DNA of 64,000 bases from Chiloscyllium plagiosum. Its lineage: Eukaryota. The translations under genes and the position numbers were made by a program. Positions 38,521 through 51,935 of the stretch are shown piece after piece. Every line of letters begins with the position of its first letter. The first letter of the stretch is position 1. The stretch is taken from the NCBI RefSeq assembly GCF_004010195.1, contig NW_025215376.1:62001-126000 (forward strand). Direction: 5' to 3'. A model generated the notes under the pieces. That model ran no database searches and was not told the origin of the DNA. It was given only the letters and a program-made list of their open reading frames with translations.

Positions 38521-39852
38521 TCTCGGGTACACCAATGAAATGAATGAGTAATCGGGCTGTATACAAGATATTTCAAGGCATGCTCAGATGTGTTAAGGAG
38601 TACATGGACAATGAAGCCCGATTTTCCGGCTGAGAGACGAGAACCATTGTCAATGCACAAAACAAACCCCTTTGCTCCCTCTATTCAATTGATTTAATGG
38701 TTTTGATTCAGGACCTGCTATTTACGAAAGGTCCATAATTAAGTCATTAACCTTCAGTTGATGAAGGAAGAGAGAGGTGTTCACTGGTGGAGGTAATGGC
38801 TTGAGATGGACTGGGATATTGAATTATTGAATTGTAGTATTGCATGTTTGCATGCTTTAACACGTATATATCATGGTGCATACCAAAAACCTGAGAATAA
38901 AGTCTTTGCAAAATGAAGCCCTCTTCATATATTGGCAGTCCATTGTTTTTTTTTAAAGGGGAGAGGTGTGATGATATGTGCCTTTAAGTGGGATTTTATC
39001 TCTCCTGGTTCTCTTGTTGGAAACCTGGTGATGCAGTGTCTACACCTTGGAAAGTGGAGTAAATGGCTTAGGTGCTTAAACAAAAATGAGACAAAAGCAT
39101 CATGAGTGGATGGGGCCGGGCCCTCCCAGATGAAGGAATTGCTGTCAGTTGTTGATGCTGGCGTTTCGGTGTTGAAGCTGCTGAACACACCATTCTCTCT
39201 CTCTGCTGCTCCGTTTATCCCGTCGGTCTCCCTTTCCCTGGACTGGAGGAGATCGCACTGTCAGGAAAGCTGGATTTTGACAGCGAAAACAAGCGGACAC
39301 ATTTCCAAATCAAAATGCGGAATGGCTTGCCACTCGGGGAACTCGCAGGCGACAGCGTTGTCTTGTATCTGTTGCCTTCTCATTCCAGACAAAAGTGGTT
39401 TTGGTTTTGGAAGGTGTTATTTAACGATCTTTAGTTAATTTCTGCAGTGCATCTTGTAGCTATTACAAACCGCTGTTGCTGAATATCAGGAGTGTAAATG
39501 GAATGGATGCTTTTGGATGCGGTGTCAATGAAGCGAGCTGTTTTTACCTGGATGGGGTCATCCTTCTTAAGTGTTTTTGGAGCTGCACATATCTGGGCAG
39601 GTGGAGTGTATTCTATCGTACTCCTGATTTGTCCCTGATGGATGGTGGACAGTCTATGGGGAGCTAGGAGGAAAAGAGCTATATTGTGCTATATTTTGCA
39701 GTATTCCTAGATTCTGGCCTGCTTTAGCAGCCAGTGTCTATGTAATGAGTCCAGTTGGAATTGAATCTCAATGGTAATCATAAAGATGTTGATATTGTAT
39801 ATTCAGTGATGGTAGCACTGATAGTGGGGTGGTGGTTAGAATGGGTATTATT

Positions 39853-40168
39853 TGATTAGAGTCCCTACAGTGTGGAAACAGGTCCTCCAGCCCAACAAGT
39901 CCACATCGACCTCCAAAGAGTAACCCATCCAGGCCCATTTCCCTCTGACTACTGCACCTAACACTATGGGCAATTTAGCATGGCCAATTCACCTTACATG
40001 CACATCCTTGGACTGTGGGAGGAAACCAGAGGACCCGGAGGAAACCCGCGCAGACACAGGGAGGGTGTGCAAACTCCACACAGATAGTCGTTCGAGGCTT
40101 GAGTCGAACCTGAGTCCCTAGTGCCATGAAAGCAGCAGTGCCAACCCACTGAGCCACCGTGCCACCCC
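39853..40168 (-). mobile_element. HE1-type SINE
   Basis: Same consensus. Confidence 0.88.
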
Positions 40169-40299
40169 AAATTTGAGTTGGGTATCGCCGAGTGTTTGTG
40201 AAGTGTGAATGTTGTGCGTCATCGTTAGTCCAAACCTGGTTATTGTCCAGATCTTGTTGCATTTGAACATGAACTGCTGCAGCGTCTGAGGAGTTAGAC

Positions 40300-41355
40300 A
40301 TGGGATTGAGGGTGATTTAGCGGTTTGGATCAGAAATTGTCGAGCTGAAAGAAGACAGAGGGCGGTGGTTGATGAGAATCATTCATCCTGGAATTCAGTT
40401 ATTAGTGGTGTACCACAAGGATATGCTTTGGGGCCACTGCTGTTTGTCATTTTTATAAATGACTGAGAAAAGGGTATAGAAGGATAAGTTATTAAATTTG
40501 CGGATGAGACAAAGGTCAGTGGAGTTAGTGCTGAAGGATGTTGTGGGTTACAGAGGGACATAGGTAAGTTGCAGAGCTGGGCGGAGAGATGGCAAATGGA
40601 GTTTAATGTAGAAAAGTGTGAGATGCTTCATTTTGGAAGGAGCAACAGGAATGCAGAGTACTAGGCTAATGGTAAGATTCTTGGTACTGTTGAAGGGCAG
40701 AAAGATCTCGGTGCCCATGTACATATGTTGATAGGGTTGTTAAGAAGGCACACAGTGTGTTAGCTTTTATTGGTAGTGGGATTGAGCTTTGGAGCCATGA
40801 GGTTATGCTACAGCTGTACAAAACTCTGATGACCACACTTGGAGTATTGTGTACAGATCTGGTCACCGCATTATTGGAAGGCTGTGGAAGCTTTGGAGAG
40901 GGTTCAGAGGAGATTTAGTCGGATGTTGCCTGGTATGGAGTGAAGGTCTTATGAGGGAAGGCTGAGGGACTTGAGGCTGTTTTCGCTACAGAGAAAATGG
41001 TTGAGAAGTGACTTATCTGAGACATATAAGATAATCAGAGGTTTAGATAGGGTGGACAGTGAGGGTCTTTTCCCTCAGATGGTGATGGCTAGCATGAGGG
41101 ACGAAGCTGTAAATTGAGGGGTGAGAGAGAAAGGACAGATGTCAGAGGTAGTTTCTTTACTCAGAGAGTAGTTGGGGTGTGGAACGCACTACCTTCAACA
41201 GTAGTAGATTCACCAAGCTTAAGGGCATTTAAATGGTCATTGGATAAACATAGGGATGAAAATGGAATAGTGTAGGATAGATTGGCTTCAGAATGGTTCT
41301 GCAGGTTGGTGCAACATCGAGGGCCAAAGGGCGCTGTAATGTTCTATGTTTTATG
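40300..41355 (+). mobile_element. CR1 RT and 3' end
   Basis: SGVPQG, KFADETK and a ctgtaatgttctatg tail. Confidence 0.88.
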
Positions 41356-42767
41356 AAAGGTACTGAGCATTGTGCAATCACTGGTGAACATCTCCACTTC
41401 TGACCTTATGATGAAGTGAAATCGTTAATGAAGTCACTGAAAATGTTTGGTCTGGTGACATTACCCAAGGGACTCCTGTCTAGGTGTCCTGGAGACAGAT
41501 CTTCAACAATTGCCAGCCTCTTCCTATGTGCCACCTATGGCTCCAAACGGTGGAAATTTGAACTCTTAAATTAAACTCTTCTGTCCACGCTTAATCCAAG
41601 GATGTAATGAGGTCAGGATTTGAGTGGCCATGACGGAACCCAAACTGGGCCTCACTGAGCAGCTTATTGTGAGGTTGGTGTGGCTCGATAGTGCTCTTGA
41701 TGATAACTTTTATTCCTTCACTGATGATTGTACATAGACCAATAGGGCAGTAATTGGTGAGATTGGATCTTAATGTTTTTTTGTGTACAGGTCAGATATT
41801 CCTCCATGATTGTACAGTGATACGTTTCATCCTCGTTTGATACCAAAGACTTTCCTAACAATCCAGCAGTAAGCAGGAAAAGTTTTATTGGAAGTGTTGA
41901 TAAACAGTACATTGCATTCAGACTGCACGAGTACCACATAATTGCCACATTTAAACAGAGAGAATCCTATTGGCTCTCAGGGTATTTAATCAGATTAAAA
42001 TCACAGAATTGCACAGTGGCCCTCCAAAACCTTCCCACAAAGCTCAATTCACAGGTCAGATGCCTGCTAGAGAAGTCTTCAGTAACCTAGGAGTGTCCAG
42101 GATGAAAGACACTCAAGAACAGTATTCCTTTCAACACAAACATTATGATTCAACAGCACCCTTTAACACATTAACAATACCACTCTGTTACTCTGTGCAT
42201 CAGGTGACAGAAGTGTGGATCTTCTGTCAACTCATCAAGTCCCCTCCCACAACACCTTTCAAAGTGAGGGACCTTTACCAGGAAAGGAAAACAATGGCAC
42301 GGGGACAGTATTAGCTATGAAGCCGAAAGCCATCCTGAGTTGGAAATTATTGCTACCCCATCACTGTCACTGAGTCAAGAATTTTGATTAATCCCATGCC
42401 ACCCTACCATCCAAAGGTCTTCTTTGCATTGTGGGTTTGCTCATGTGACATCATCTTCACCGTTCAGACAGGTGTCACATCTCGCCTCGTGCTTCATAAA
42501 CCAATCTTTGGAACCACGAAGCCCAACTGAATTTCTCACCATTCAATTATCACCATCAACTATTGTCACTTCAGTGTACTTACATTGACAGCTTTCATCA
42601 CACTGTGATAATACTTTAACTTTAGAAAGACAGGAAGCTGTTTAATCTTTCGAGCAGAATAGTGCTGATTGAATATAATAAAGACATGCTCAGTGTGTGA
42701 ATTAAGTTACAAAATGATTGGGAAAGAAAGCTGGGTGGCGCAGAACACAGGAGAATTCATTGTCTTC

Positions 42768-42773
42768 TTTATT
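42768..42773 (-). terminator. Putative polyadenylation signal of paralogue 2
   Basis: AATAAA about 75 nt after the stop codon, followed by the conserved CAATGAA. Confidence 0.6.
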
Positions 42774-42848
42774 GTACAACAGGAATAACAGTTCACGAGG
42801 AATTCCCCATATATGACATATAAAATATAACCTCACAAAAGTTTCTAA

Positions 42849-43753
42849 CTATCTACAGAAAATGGTAACTATATGACATATTGGATATTTCACCATTTTC
42901 ATCAGCTCCTGTCTAAATTTATTCTGGGCCATTGCATAAATAAATGTATTGGTGCAGCAGCTCAAAAGTAGAAGCATGTATCCAGTTTCCTGAAAGATAT
43001 AAATGGGGTCGTTGTAACCTGTGTATGAAAAAACATTCATAATTCTATAATACAAGTAATGGACCACGAATGTTAACCATAACAATAGAAAATTGGCAGA
43101 TATACTGAAGAGTAAAATTATGGACTTTTTCCTGTTCTCCATCTCAGGATCATGATCATTTTCAGACCTGGAATTCAAACGAAGTGCCTTACGAGTTTTA
43201 CTCGTCACGAATATATATCTCACAGTGAGAGCATTAAGCAACAAAACAACCAGAAATGGCAGAAAAGGATTCGCTATGTTGCTGAAATAAGAAAATGCGA
43301 GCCACATGGGTGATAAATAAAAGCTTGATCTTATCTGGCAGTACCAAGGCAGGTTGTTAATTATGTAAATAGCTTCATATACAAAGTACCAGGGGACGTC
43401 TTTGAAAATACTCAGGAGGAACACTATACCAATTACCACAGCTGCAGTTTTCTTTGTACAATATTTGGTCTTCAACTTCTGACAACAGATCGCTATAAAT
43501 CGATCAGATGTAAATGCAGCAGTAAGCCATACAGAGCAGTCTTGGGTTATATAAATCAATACATCTTTGATTCGACATAGTGGAGTCAGAAACAGATAAT
43601 TTCTTGGAAAGTAAATGCCAATGATCCGATTCAGTACAACACTAGTGATGACAACTGATAGGTCTGCTGCTGCCATAGCCATCAAGTAATATGTAACACA
43701 TTTCGAGAGGCCACACTTTCCTTGTGCCAAGATCACAATTGCCACCATATTAA
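42849..43753 (-). CDS. GPR139/GPR142-like GPCR, paralogue 2, coding exon 2
   Basis: Open frame collinear with paralogue 1 (about 77% aa identity by manual count). Acceptor ttcccaacag|TT AAT ATG. 905 nt. The extra 30 N-terminal aa in the ORF track are almost all intronic (only the last residues, VN, belong to the spliced protein). Confidence 0.93.
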
Positions 43754-44009
43754 CTGTTGGGAAATTGCAAACAAGCAAGTCACATGATTGGTGAAATGTC
43801 ACAACAAAACAGTTACTTTCCACTCTATATTTGTTCATCTCAGAGTATTTTATACATTTTTACTTACAAAATTCTTATGATTTCTCAGCAAACAACTGGC
43901 AGGTTGTTAAAAATGCCCGGTTATTTTCAAAGTGTGGCACACACTGTTCCATAGTTTCAACCTTTGATATATACTGATCTGTGCATCTATGAAACATTTT
44001 CAGTTTGTG

Positions 44010-44322
44010 AGGCATAGTCGATAGCCAGAGACTATTTCCCAGGGCAGAAATGACTAACACGAGGGGTCATAGTTTTAAGCTGGTTGGAGGAAAGTATAGA
44101 GGGGATGTCAGAGGCGGGTTCTTTACACAGAGAGTTGGTGAGAGCACGGAATGCATTGCCAGCAGCAGTTGTGAAGGCAGGGTCATTGGGGGCATTTAAG
44201 AGACTCCTGGACGTGCATATGGTCACAGAAATTTGAGGGTGCATACATGACGATCAGTGGTCAGCACAACATCGTGGGCTGAAGGGCCTGTTCTGTGCTG
44301 TACTGCTCTATGTATGTTCTAA
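44010..44322 (+). mobile_element. CR1 3' fragment in the paralogue 2 intron
   Basis: TRGHSFKL...WNALP-like segment and tail. Confidence 0.88.
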
Positions 44323-44648
44323 TAGACGTCAATATTCAAATGTTCAATTAAAAACAATTTGCTAGAGTAATTATTTCTTCATGTTTGAAATTCATCTTAT
44401 GGAGGACAGTTGAAAACTAAAAGCATTTAAGATAATTCCCTGAATAAGGAAATAACATCAGTTGAAGAACACAAAACATGAAGTAAATAACATAAGTTAC
44501 GCTTGCTTTGCAATTGAGTCGTGACCTCCCAGATTGCGTGATAATTTTGTAAGCTCTTTATCTCCGCTGAGTTAAAGAGTAGACTGCAGCAGGTACAATG
44601 AAATAGTGCTGCATAGCTTTAAGCCACTCACAAGATGAGAAAAATTAC

Positions 44649-44718
44649 CTGGAATACCCACAGCAGCAAGAATCAGATAATAGGTTTCATACACCAGACC
44701 GGATGGTGGTTCATGCAT
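44649..44718 (-). CDS. GPCR paralogue 2, coding exon 1 (MHEPPSGLVYETYYLILAAVGIP)
   Basis: 70 nt, ATG to CCA G|gtaatt. Intron 43754-44648 (895 nt). Confidence 0.9.
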
Positions 44719-45635
44719 GTTCAGCCGCAAGTGATAGTCTCTGAGCAACTACAACACAGTAGGGTTTTGTAGTTAATATATACAGTACAAAAAATGCCCC
44801 GCAGGGACACCATTACACAACATCTTTCCTGATGTTAGTATCATTTATTGTGATGATGCTGGTCCTTTGACAAGGTTACGTTGTCCTTGTTTTTTTTTCA
44901 AGAGTGGTTGTAAATGCCAAAGATTCTGATTTGCCTGGGAAAAGGAACTTAACAGATACAGCCTAAAGCAACAGGCAGAGGGAAAAGGCTTTTGGGCTTT
45001 TGTTTAAAACAATTGCACAATGACAGTTCTCCCACTTCAGGTATTTTTCTCGTTTGGTTTAGTTTAGATGGGAGCTCTGAGAAAAAGCTGCAGTGGAAAG
45101 AAGTTCCCTGTTTCAGCAAGCTGATCTTCTCTCTGTCTGATATCCCTACTGTGTTTGAATTAACCTGTTCTTGCCAAGGGATGTGTTTATGGGGATGTTG
45201 CAGGAAATTGGAACAGCTCATAGAGTCGTAGAGGCACAAAGTCCTACAGCACGGAGACAGGCCCTTTGGCCTAAACTGGTCCATACTGACCAGAATGTCC
45301 ATCCACACTAACTCTATTTCCCTGCAATTGGCCCATAACCTTCTAAACCTTTCCTATCCATGTATTTGTCCAAATGCCTTTAAAATGCTGTTAATGTATC
45401 AATCTCAATACCTTCCACTGGCAGCTCATTCCATCTGCGTACCACCCTCTGGGTGAAAGAGTTGCCCCTCAGATTCCCTTTCATTCTTTCCTCTTAACCT
45501 TAAATTGATGTCCTCTCCACCTGAATTCCCCAACCTCGGGAAAAAGACTGAGTGCCTTCACCCAAAAATGCCTTTCACAATCTTATGCACCTCTATACAG
45601 TCCCACTTCAATCTTCTATGCTGCAAAGAAAAAAA

Positions 45636-46146
45636 ATGGTGTGGAAGTGCCGGTGTTGGACTGGGGTGGACAAAGTTAAAAATCGCACAACACCAGGATA
45701 TAATCCAACAGATTTATTTGGAAGTACAATTTTCGGAGGGCTGCTCCTTCATCAGGTAGCAGCAGCCTCAGTACTCAATACTGATGACTGGAAATTTCCA
45801 AGCACCGTTCAACAAATCGTCTGCTTCATCTTCTGCCACAATGTTTTCCCGTTTGACAACCAGTTCTTCATCCAGACACAGAGAGCAGCCATGGGGACCA
45901 CATTTGTACTCCAATATGCCAACATTTCCATGCACAAGTATGAAAAAAACTTTGCTACACAGGACTTCCAACCAACACCATACATCAGATATATTGACGA
46001 TATTTCCTTCCTCTGGAGCCAAGGCAAGGAGTCACTGAAATAACTGCACAGTGATATCACAGCTGCCTGATGAAGGAGCTGTGCTCCGAAAGCTAATACT
46101 TCCAAATAAACCTTTTGGACTAATACCTGCTGTTGTGTGATTTTTG
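45636..46146 (+). mobile_element. Penelope-like element fragment: RT piece between inverted pseudo-LTRs
   Basis: ORF 45552-46043 contains NVFPFDNQFFIQ...AAMGT...YANISM...YIRYIDDISFLW, a Penelope-type RT motif set. It is flanked by an inverted (45636-45760) and a direct (46062-46146) copy of the cctgatgaaggagc...ctccgaaa...ccaaataaa pLTR. Confidence 0.8.
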
Positions 46147-46860
46147 GAGACCAAGCAGGATTCTTCTGCATTCTTTCCAGTTTAATAATATTCTTAAAAA
46201 CTGAACACTTTACTCTAATTACTGCCTCACCAACATCCTAACAGCAACATAACTTCCCAACCTTTACACTCAGTGCCCTGACTGATGAAGGCCAGTGTGT
46301 GAAAACCCTTCTCCACTGACCTGTCTGCCTGTGACTCCATTTGCATAGAACTGTGAACCTGAACTGCAAGATCCTTCTGTTCAACTACACTCCTTAAGGC
46401 CCGAGCATTCACTATGAAACTCCTACCTTGGTTTGACTTTCCAAAATGCAAGACCTCACACTTACCTATATTGAAATCCACTTGTCACTTCTCGGCCCAC
46501 TTCCCCAGCTGATCAAGGTCCTGCTGGAATTTCTCACATCCTTCCTCACTGTCCGTGAGACCACTTATTTTAGTGTCATCAGCAAACTTACCGACCATGC
46601 CTTATATATTCTCATCCAAATCATTGATATAAATAAGAAACAACAATGAGCCCAGCACCAATCCCTGAGGCACTTCACTAGTCACAGTCCTTCTGTCCAA
46701 CAAGAATTCTTTCATTATTGATCTGCTTCCTATCATTAAGCCAATTTTGTCTCCAATTTGCCAGCTCAAAGAGGATTCCATTTAATCTAATCTTCCAGAG
46801 TCGCCTACCATGCGAAACCCTATCCAAAGCTTTACTGAAATTCATATAGACTATGTCTAC

Positions 46861-46977
46861 GGCTTATGCCTAAAACATTGATTCTCCTGTTCCTCGGATG
46901 CTGCCTGACCTGCTGTGCTTTTCCAGCATCACATTCCTGACACTGATCTCCAGCATCTGCAGTCCTCACTTTCTCTC
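46861..46977 (+). mobile_element. Penelope-derived mini-element inserted in a CR1 fragment
   Basis: Same family, 5'-truncated inside the hammerhead stem II. Confidence 0.65.
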
Positions 46978-49900
46978 GACTATCTACCGCCCTTCCCACT
47001 TCCATCTTCCTGGTCACTTCATCAAAGAACTCGAACAAATTTGTGAGGCATGATCTCCCATCACAAAGCCATGCTGATCACTGCTAATCAACCCCTGTCT
47101 TTCAAATGCAAGTATACCTTATCCTTCAGAATCGTCTCAAATAACTTACCCACCACAGATGTTAAGCTGGTTGGTCGAAAGTTCCCAAGTTTTTCTTTGC
47201 AACACTTCTTGATTAATTGCACAGCATTCACTAAACTCCAATGTTCTGGGGCCACAACTGTGGCTAGTGATGATGCAAAAAGTATCATTCAGGGTCCCTG
47301 CAGTTTCTTCTGTAGCCTCTTTCAGTGTTCTTGGATATATCTACTCAGGACCAGGAGATTTATCCACCTTCGTGCATTCTAACACATCCAACACCTCCTG
47401 TACTGTGATATGGACAGTCGCTAAGATCTCACCACTAACTTCCCCAAGTTCCCAAGTCTTCACATCTTTCTCAATTGTAAATACAGAGGACAGATATTCA
47501 TTGAAAGCCTTGCACATCTCCTTTGTTCATTTGCATGGGATGTTGTGTCTGTTGGGTTTTAAACCATTGTTATTCTAAATTCTGTTTTCTGTTGTTTGTG
47601 TTTCCTTCGGTGGTGTGCAAATAAATACAATTTTACTTGAAGCCAGTTGGTTTGACCAGCCACAGCATTCCTGGGATATTCACTTTTACATCTGCCTAAA
47701 ACACCTAGAAAATTTAGGACCTGAGCTACCTTCTTCAAATGTTTTGAAGGGATCTGGCCTGTTCCACATCTTATTGGGGAATGGTTCAGGATTTATCCTG
47801 TAGTTCCAATTTGGGATTTGAGTTGTTGGACAGCGAGTGGTAGATGTTGGTGTCTTTCATTCTGGTTGTTGAAGTCATTTGCACTTAAAATGGCTTTCTT
47901 CACTTCCCCATACTCATTTTAAACAATGCTTGGTATAGCAATGGATCTTTTAGTCACCAAGAGCTTTCTGGGAGTGGAAGAAGTCACTTTGGCGGTTTCA
48001 CGAAAGGTGAACAAGGAAAAGCTACTGGAATTGGCAAGCAAGCTGGAGTTCAGATTGCCTGCAATTCCGAAAAGGTGGTCGTTGCATCAATAACTCAGCA
48101 TTTAAATTTGCTGGAAATGCCATCAGTATCTTTGGAGATGTCTAAGCTTCAATTGAATAGCTTGAGTCAGTGGCAAAAGAAAAACAGAAAAACAAATAAA
48201 ATTGTTGGAATAACGATTACAAGCAGAAGAAAGGGGAAAAGAATGAAAGCAAAAAGAAAAGGAGAGAGTTTGAACTTCAGAAATCGGCACTCAGATAGGA
48301 AGGTTGGTTTAAGAGGGTTGGTGTAAAGGGAAGAAGGTAAGTCTAGCGAGGAAGAGAGTAACGATGCATGAACACATCGTACCCAAAGGCAGATGATGTT
48401 CTGTTTACATATATTACACATTTTCGAAATTTGATGAGAAGGATGTAGAAGCCTTTTTCATCTCATTTGAGAAGGTGGCAAAACAAATTAACAGCCCAGT
48501 TTCCTTGTGGATTTTGTTTATCGAAACAAAGCTTGTAGGTAGCGCGAGTGAGGTATTTGTATCACTATGAGAGGAGTTATCCGGGGAGTATGAGGAGGTG
48601 AAGGAAGCCATTTTAAGTGCATGTGAACTTGTGCCTGAATCCTACAGACAACGGTTCATTAATCTAAGGAGGGATACTGGTCAAACATGCACTGGGTTTG
48701 AAAGGATCAAACAAAACAATTTTGATAGGCTGATAAGGGCATTAAAAATAGACTAAACCTATGATGCTCAAGGAGAGGTGATTATTTTGGAGGAGTACAT
48801 AAATTCACTTCCTGAGGTAGTGAGAATTCCTGTGGAAGAACAGAGAGTTAAAGCAGCAAGATAAGCAGCTGAAATGGCTGATGATAATGACTTGGTCCTG
48901 AAATCAAAGTTTGGCTTCCAACATCAATTTCAATCCAAGAGAGATAGAAATTGAGCAAATGGGAAACCTGAAGTATTAAGGGAAAAATAGATCTCCGTGA
49001 AGGTCATAAGGCTAACTTAAGAAAAAGTTAAGAAAAACTCAAGGTAAAATGCAAAACCTTTTTACTGGACTGGACTGTGCAAGGATGTAGTTGAATTTTG
49101 CTAGACATTTCATGTATGTCAGGTCATTGGAAAACCACAAGTAGTAATAAAACCCTTACATTTAATTCCCTTCTTGCATTTGAGGAACCTTTTACAAGAG
49201 CCTTCATTGATTGTGTAGGACCCCTACCTAAAACAAAAAGTGGGAGCCAGTATTTGTTAACAATAGTAGGAATGTTTATGGGGGCGTTACAAGAAATTAG
49301 AACAACTCTATTGTTAAGTTGCATGGGATGTCGTTTGACCAGCTGCATCACTCCGGGGGTATCCACCTTACATCTGCCTAAAACAATGAGAAATATGAAG
49401 GTCTGGGCTATCTTCTTAAAATGTTTTGAGGGGGTCTGGCCTGGTTCATAGCGTTATGGTAAATGAGTACTGAACAGCTCACTTTCATCTTTTTTCTGCA
49501 ACTGAGTTGACTTAGAAACTACAAGAAACGCTCATTAGTAATGATGCAACTTAATAACATTGTACAGTAAATAACATCGAATTTAGCAAAATCAGCAATT
49601 ATTTTAAAAAGCAAATTCATAAGAACTGCCTTGCCTCTATATATTTTACAGAAATGGAACAACACGTGCTCTTGCTAAGGACTTGAATCTTATTTTTCGA
49701 TAGATGGCCAGTTGGCCAGTTTGCTGCATAGCTAGTTTATGATGGAGAGTACTACCAGCAGTGTGAATTTGATTTCTGCACCCGCTGAGCTTACCACAAA
49801 GTGCCCAAGTTCTCATTCCCCCACCTTGTCTGAGATCTGTAACACCTTCATTTAAAATCACCATTAGTCATCTCTCTGTACTGAAAGCATAAAGGGCTTA

Positions 49901-50989
49901 TGGTAACTCTGTCAATGTATTAACTGCATTCAGCAGATGATATTTTGTTTGTTAAAACTTAATTGATGATTCTATACCACAATTCCATATTTTTTTATGG
50001 CAATATTTTGAACTAAACATCAGAATGTGTGAAGATGTAATTTTTACTTGGCCTGTGATCTGCCTCAGCCCTGAAAGCCCTCGTGCCCAGTGGAACTAAT
50101 CACTGTGATAGTAATCTCGTGTCATTTTCAAGCACTACTGTGCATCTCCCTCCTCCCCTTCATCCATTCTTCTACTCCATTCATTCAGTTCAATCATTAA
50201 TAAAGGGATTAAACGTTGAAATGACTAATGTCTTGTTTGGTTGCATCACAAGTCACAGTTTTTTTTATCTCCAATGTGCAAAATAATAACATAAAACTAT
50301 TGATGCTGTTCTGAGAAAAAAAAAATGATTCATCCATTTGCATTGCATCAGTTTCTTGTGTAATGGAACATTTTCACATAGATGTTGGATATCTGAAATC
50401 AAATCAATAATTTATATAAAAACTCAGCAGATCAACATAATCTGTAGAGGAAAAAAAGTTACTGTTTCAAGTTGACTATGACTTTTCTGAACTGCTGCTC
50501 TATTGTTCCCAATTCTGAAGAAGAGTCATATCAGATTTGCCAGCACATTATGTTTTTGTCTCAGGACCCACGCCGACTGTATTACTGCAGAGCACAGCGG
50601 CATTAAATCAAACCCAACAGTGTGCCTGTTCCCGAACGCTATGCATTAACCTCTTTTGGAAAGTTGAGTACAAGATGATCAGCATGAAAGGGTGATAAAT
50701 GCTCAACCACCATTCTCTGCCTTATCACACAAATGACAATTTAAGAAGGGTAACTTCGAAGGGCTGGTATCATCAACCAAAGTTGAGACAGAACACGAAG
50801 TTACCAAGGAAGGCACAGGTTGAAAAAAGGGGTGGAAAATTACACCTTAGAAAAGGGTTGTGTGGTTAGTTTAAAAGGGAGAATGTTGAGGTGAACAGAT
50901 CAAAGAGAACAGAGGGTCGAAGAGGAAGCTATGGATGTTGCAGTTGCAGACACGTGAACGAGTAAGGAATGGAGGCATACAAAGCATGT

Positions 50990-51935
50990 GAAAGCACTCC
51001 AAAGCTAATGGGCATAGTTTTAATGTGAGAGGGAAAAGATTTAAAAGAACATCAAACCAATTTTTTTTTGCAGAGCGGATGATGCCTGCGTGGGAATGAT
51101 CTACCAGTGGAAGTGATCCACGCGGTTACAATTACAACATTTAAAATACATTTCGGTAGTTATATAAATATGAAAAATTCCGGGGGTTATATGAGGCAAA
51201 TCAATGCAAATTGAACTGATTCAGTTTTGGATGCCTGGCCGGCATTGACAAGTTGGACCTACGGTTCTGTTTCCGTGCTTTCGAACACTATGACTTGAGA
51301 TGAGATTCGTTTAGAATGGTATCATGGTCATCCAGGACATGGCGGGCCGAAGAGCCTATTTGTGGGCTGTACTGTTCTATGCTCTGTGTTTCTATGTGGA
51401 CAGAAGCTATATTTTTCCTGAGCTGAATGCGTATTGGAAAAATTGAAGTAAATGGGTGAATTGGAATGTTGATAAATATATGAGAGAATTATGATCAATT
51501 AAGATAATCTCACCCCATATTGTATTCAGAAACAAAGTGCAACTGTCCCAGTGCATGGGCAAGAAATTATTTAGCGTGTCATCTCACACATTGGACATCA
51601 TTTTTTGTTGGCTAGTAAAATATTAACATCCATTGCACTGCAAAGGTCCATTCTTGTCCTGCATGATGGTGATGATTCAAGGAAATAAAATGTTATATGC
51701 AGCTGTCAGTATACGTTGTACATTTGATCTCACTCTGACACTGAGATTTGCTTGGATTTCTCTAATTTCCATTGAAGTCTCTTGACCAACTTTAAGTACA
51801 TTTAAGTCGCCATTGGACAAGCATATGGACGTACATGGAATAGTGTAGGTTAGATGGGCTTCAGATTAGTATGACGAGTCGGCGCAACATCGAGGGCCGA
51901 AGGGCCTGTACTGCGCTGTAATGTTCTATGTTCTA
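50990..51935 (+). mobile_element. Several short CR1 3' ends
   Basis: gggccgaagggcctgt...ttctatg tails at ~51300, ~51390 and ~51935. Confidence 0.7.

Larger units (their letters stand above)
45219..47525 (-). mobile_element. CR1 remnant splitting the Gypsy 5' LTR (itself interrupted by Penelope pieces)
   Basis: GNFRPTSLTSVVGK and KCEVLHFGKSN motifs; 3' tail at ~45219. Confidence 0.85.
44849..49453 (+). mobile_element. Decayed, internally deleted Gypsy LTR element of a related family
   Basis: Starts TGtgatg. 5' LTR runs 44849-45218 and ~47535-47770, split by CR1 and Penelope inserts. Gag relic ~47940-49000; integrase piece (EEPFTRAFIDCVGPLPKT) ~49180; partial 3' LTR to 49453. 4-bp TSD TTAT at 44845-44848 and 49454-49457. 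Confidence 0.85.

Noticed and set aside
43754..43838. N-terminal extension of the 329-aa ORF (also 60674-60698 in paralogue 3)
   Set aside because: Intronic sequence upstream of the conserved AG acceptor; not conserved between paralogues.
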